In this document: in pieces, positions 63,812-64,000 of the stretch | Layout: each line of letters opens with the position of its first letter | How positions within the stretch are numbered: position 1 is the first letter of the stretch | Origin: Bacteroidota bacterium | GTDB lineage: Bacteria; Bacteroidota; Bacteroidia; 2-12-FULL-35-15 | Assembly (NCBI GenBank): GCA_947479085.1 | Contig: CANJYB010000013.1 | Span: 36,632-100,631, forward strand | DNA: 64,000 nucleotides | Direction: 5' to 3' | Notes under the pieces: generated by a model | Seen by the model: the letters and a program-made list of their open reading frames with translations, nothing else | What the model was told of the DNA's origin: nothing | Databases searched by the model: none | Program-made: the position numbers and the translations under genes

Positions 63812-64000
63812 TTTATCTGACCTATAACGATCAACCTACAGGTGTATATTTTAGCCAGGTAACCGATGTCTGTAATTATGTTAATTTGAAGTTTAATTGC
63901 CGAATTCGTTTGGTAGCTCTTATTTCAATAAGGGGCTTTTCAGAAAATAAAAAGGAAATTAAAAGAAACTTTGCCGATTCAATTGTTCTTCCTATGTTTC
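63808..64000 (+). CDS. hypothetical protein, N-terminal fragment (continues beyond the window end)
   Basis: The ATG overlaps the wecB stop (ATGA). Manual translation MIYLTYNDQPTGVYFSQVTDVCNYVNLKF... stays open to the window end. Confidence 0.4.
   Translation, partial: MIYLTYNDQPTGVYFSQVTDVCNYVNLKFNCRIRLVALISIRGFSENKKEIKRNFADSIVLPMF

Overview
AT-rich chromosomal segment that looks like Bacteroidota. Evidence: many C-terminal T9SS sorting domains, TAnnTTTG -7 promoter boxes, the parA-parB-DUF5683-dapB-lepB and surE-lpxB arrangements, and little sign of Shine-Dalgarno sequences. Most of the window is a housekeeping backbone: nth, lepB, dapB, parAB, cca-like, miaA, lpxB, surE, ispH, aroE, pckA, rsmE, folK, mutS, wecB and three tRNAs. 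Five things stand out. (1) Two loci pair a small T9SS-CTD protein with phage-tail-fibre-like proteins carrying a peptidase-S74 self-cleaving chaperone domain (994..4532 and 51942..56447). The second locus runs straight into a glycosyl/acyl-transferase cluster (56472..64000), and its two fibre paralogs carry four positionally conserved Bacteroidota O-glycosylation sequons. (2) Intergenic tandem arrays are unusually dense, with periods of 42, 42/84, 21, 22 and 132 bp; several are built from palindromes. (3) A GC-rich CCCCTCT/AGAGGGG hairpin motif recurs, and one copy sits in frame inside mutS. (4) A tRNA(CAT)-terminator-GIY-YIG module is duplicated and partly degenerate. (5) There is a GC-rich island of nested hairpins at about 4916..5133 that I cannot assign to a known RNA. 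Also present: a SET-domain methyltransferase, a lysine-rich histone-H1-like/START fusion protein, a PAP2+ArnT+GT2 envelope-lipid remodelling trio, four GT-C membrane glycosyltransferases, and a GDPD-like gene interrupted by an in-frame TAA. All protein-family calls come from motifs recognised by eye; no database search was run.
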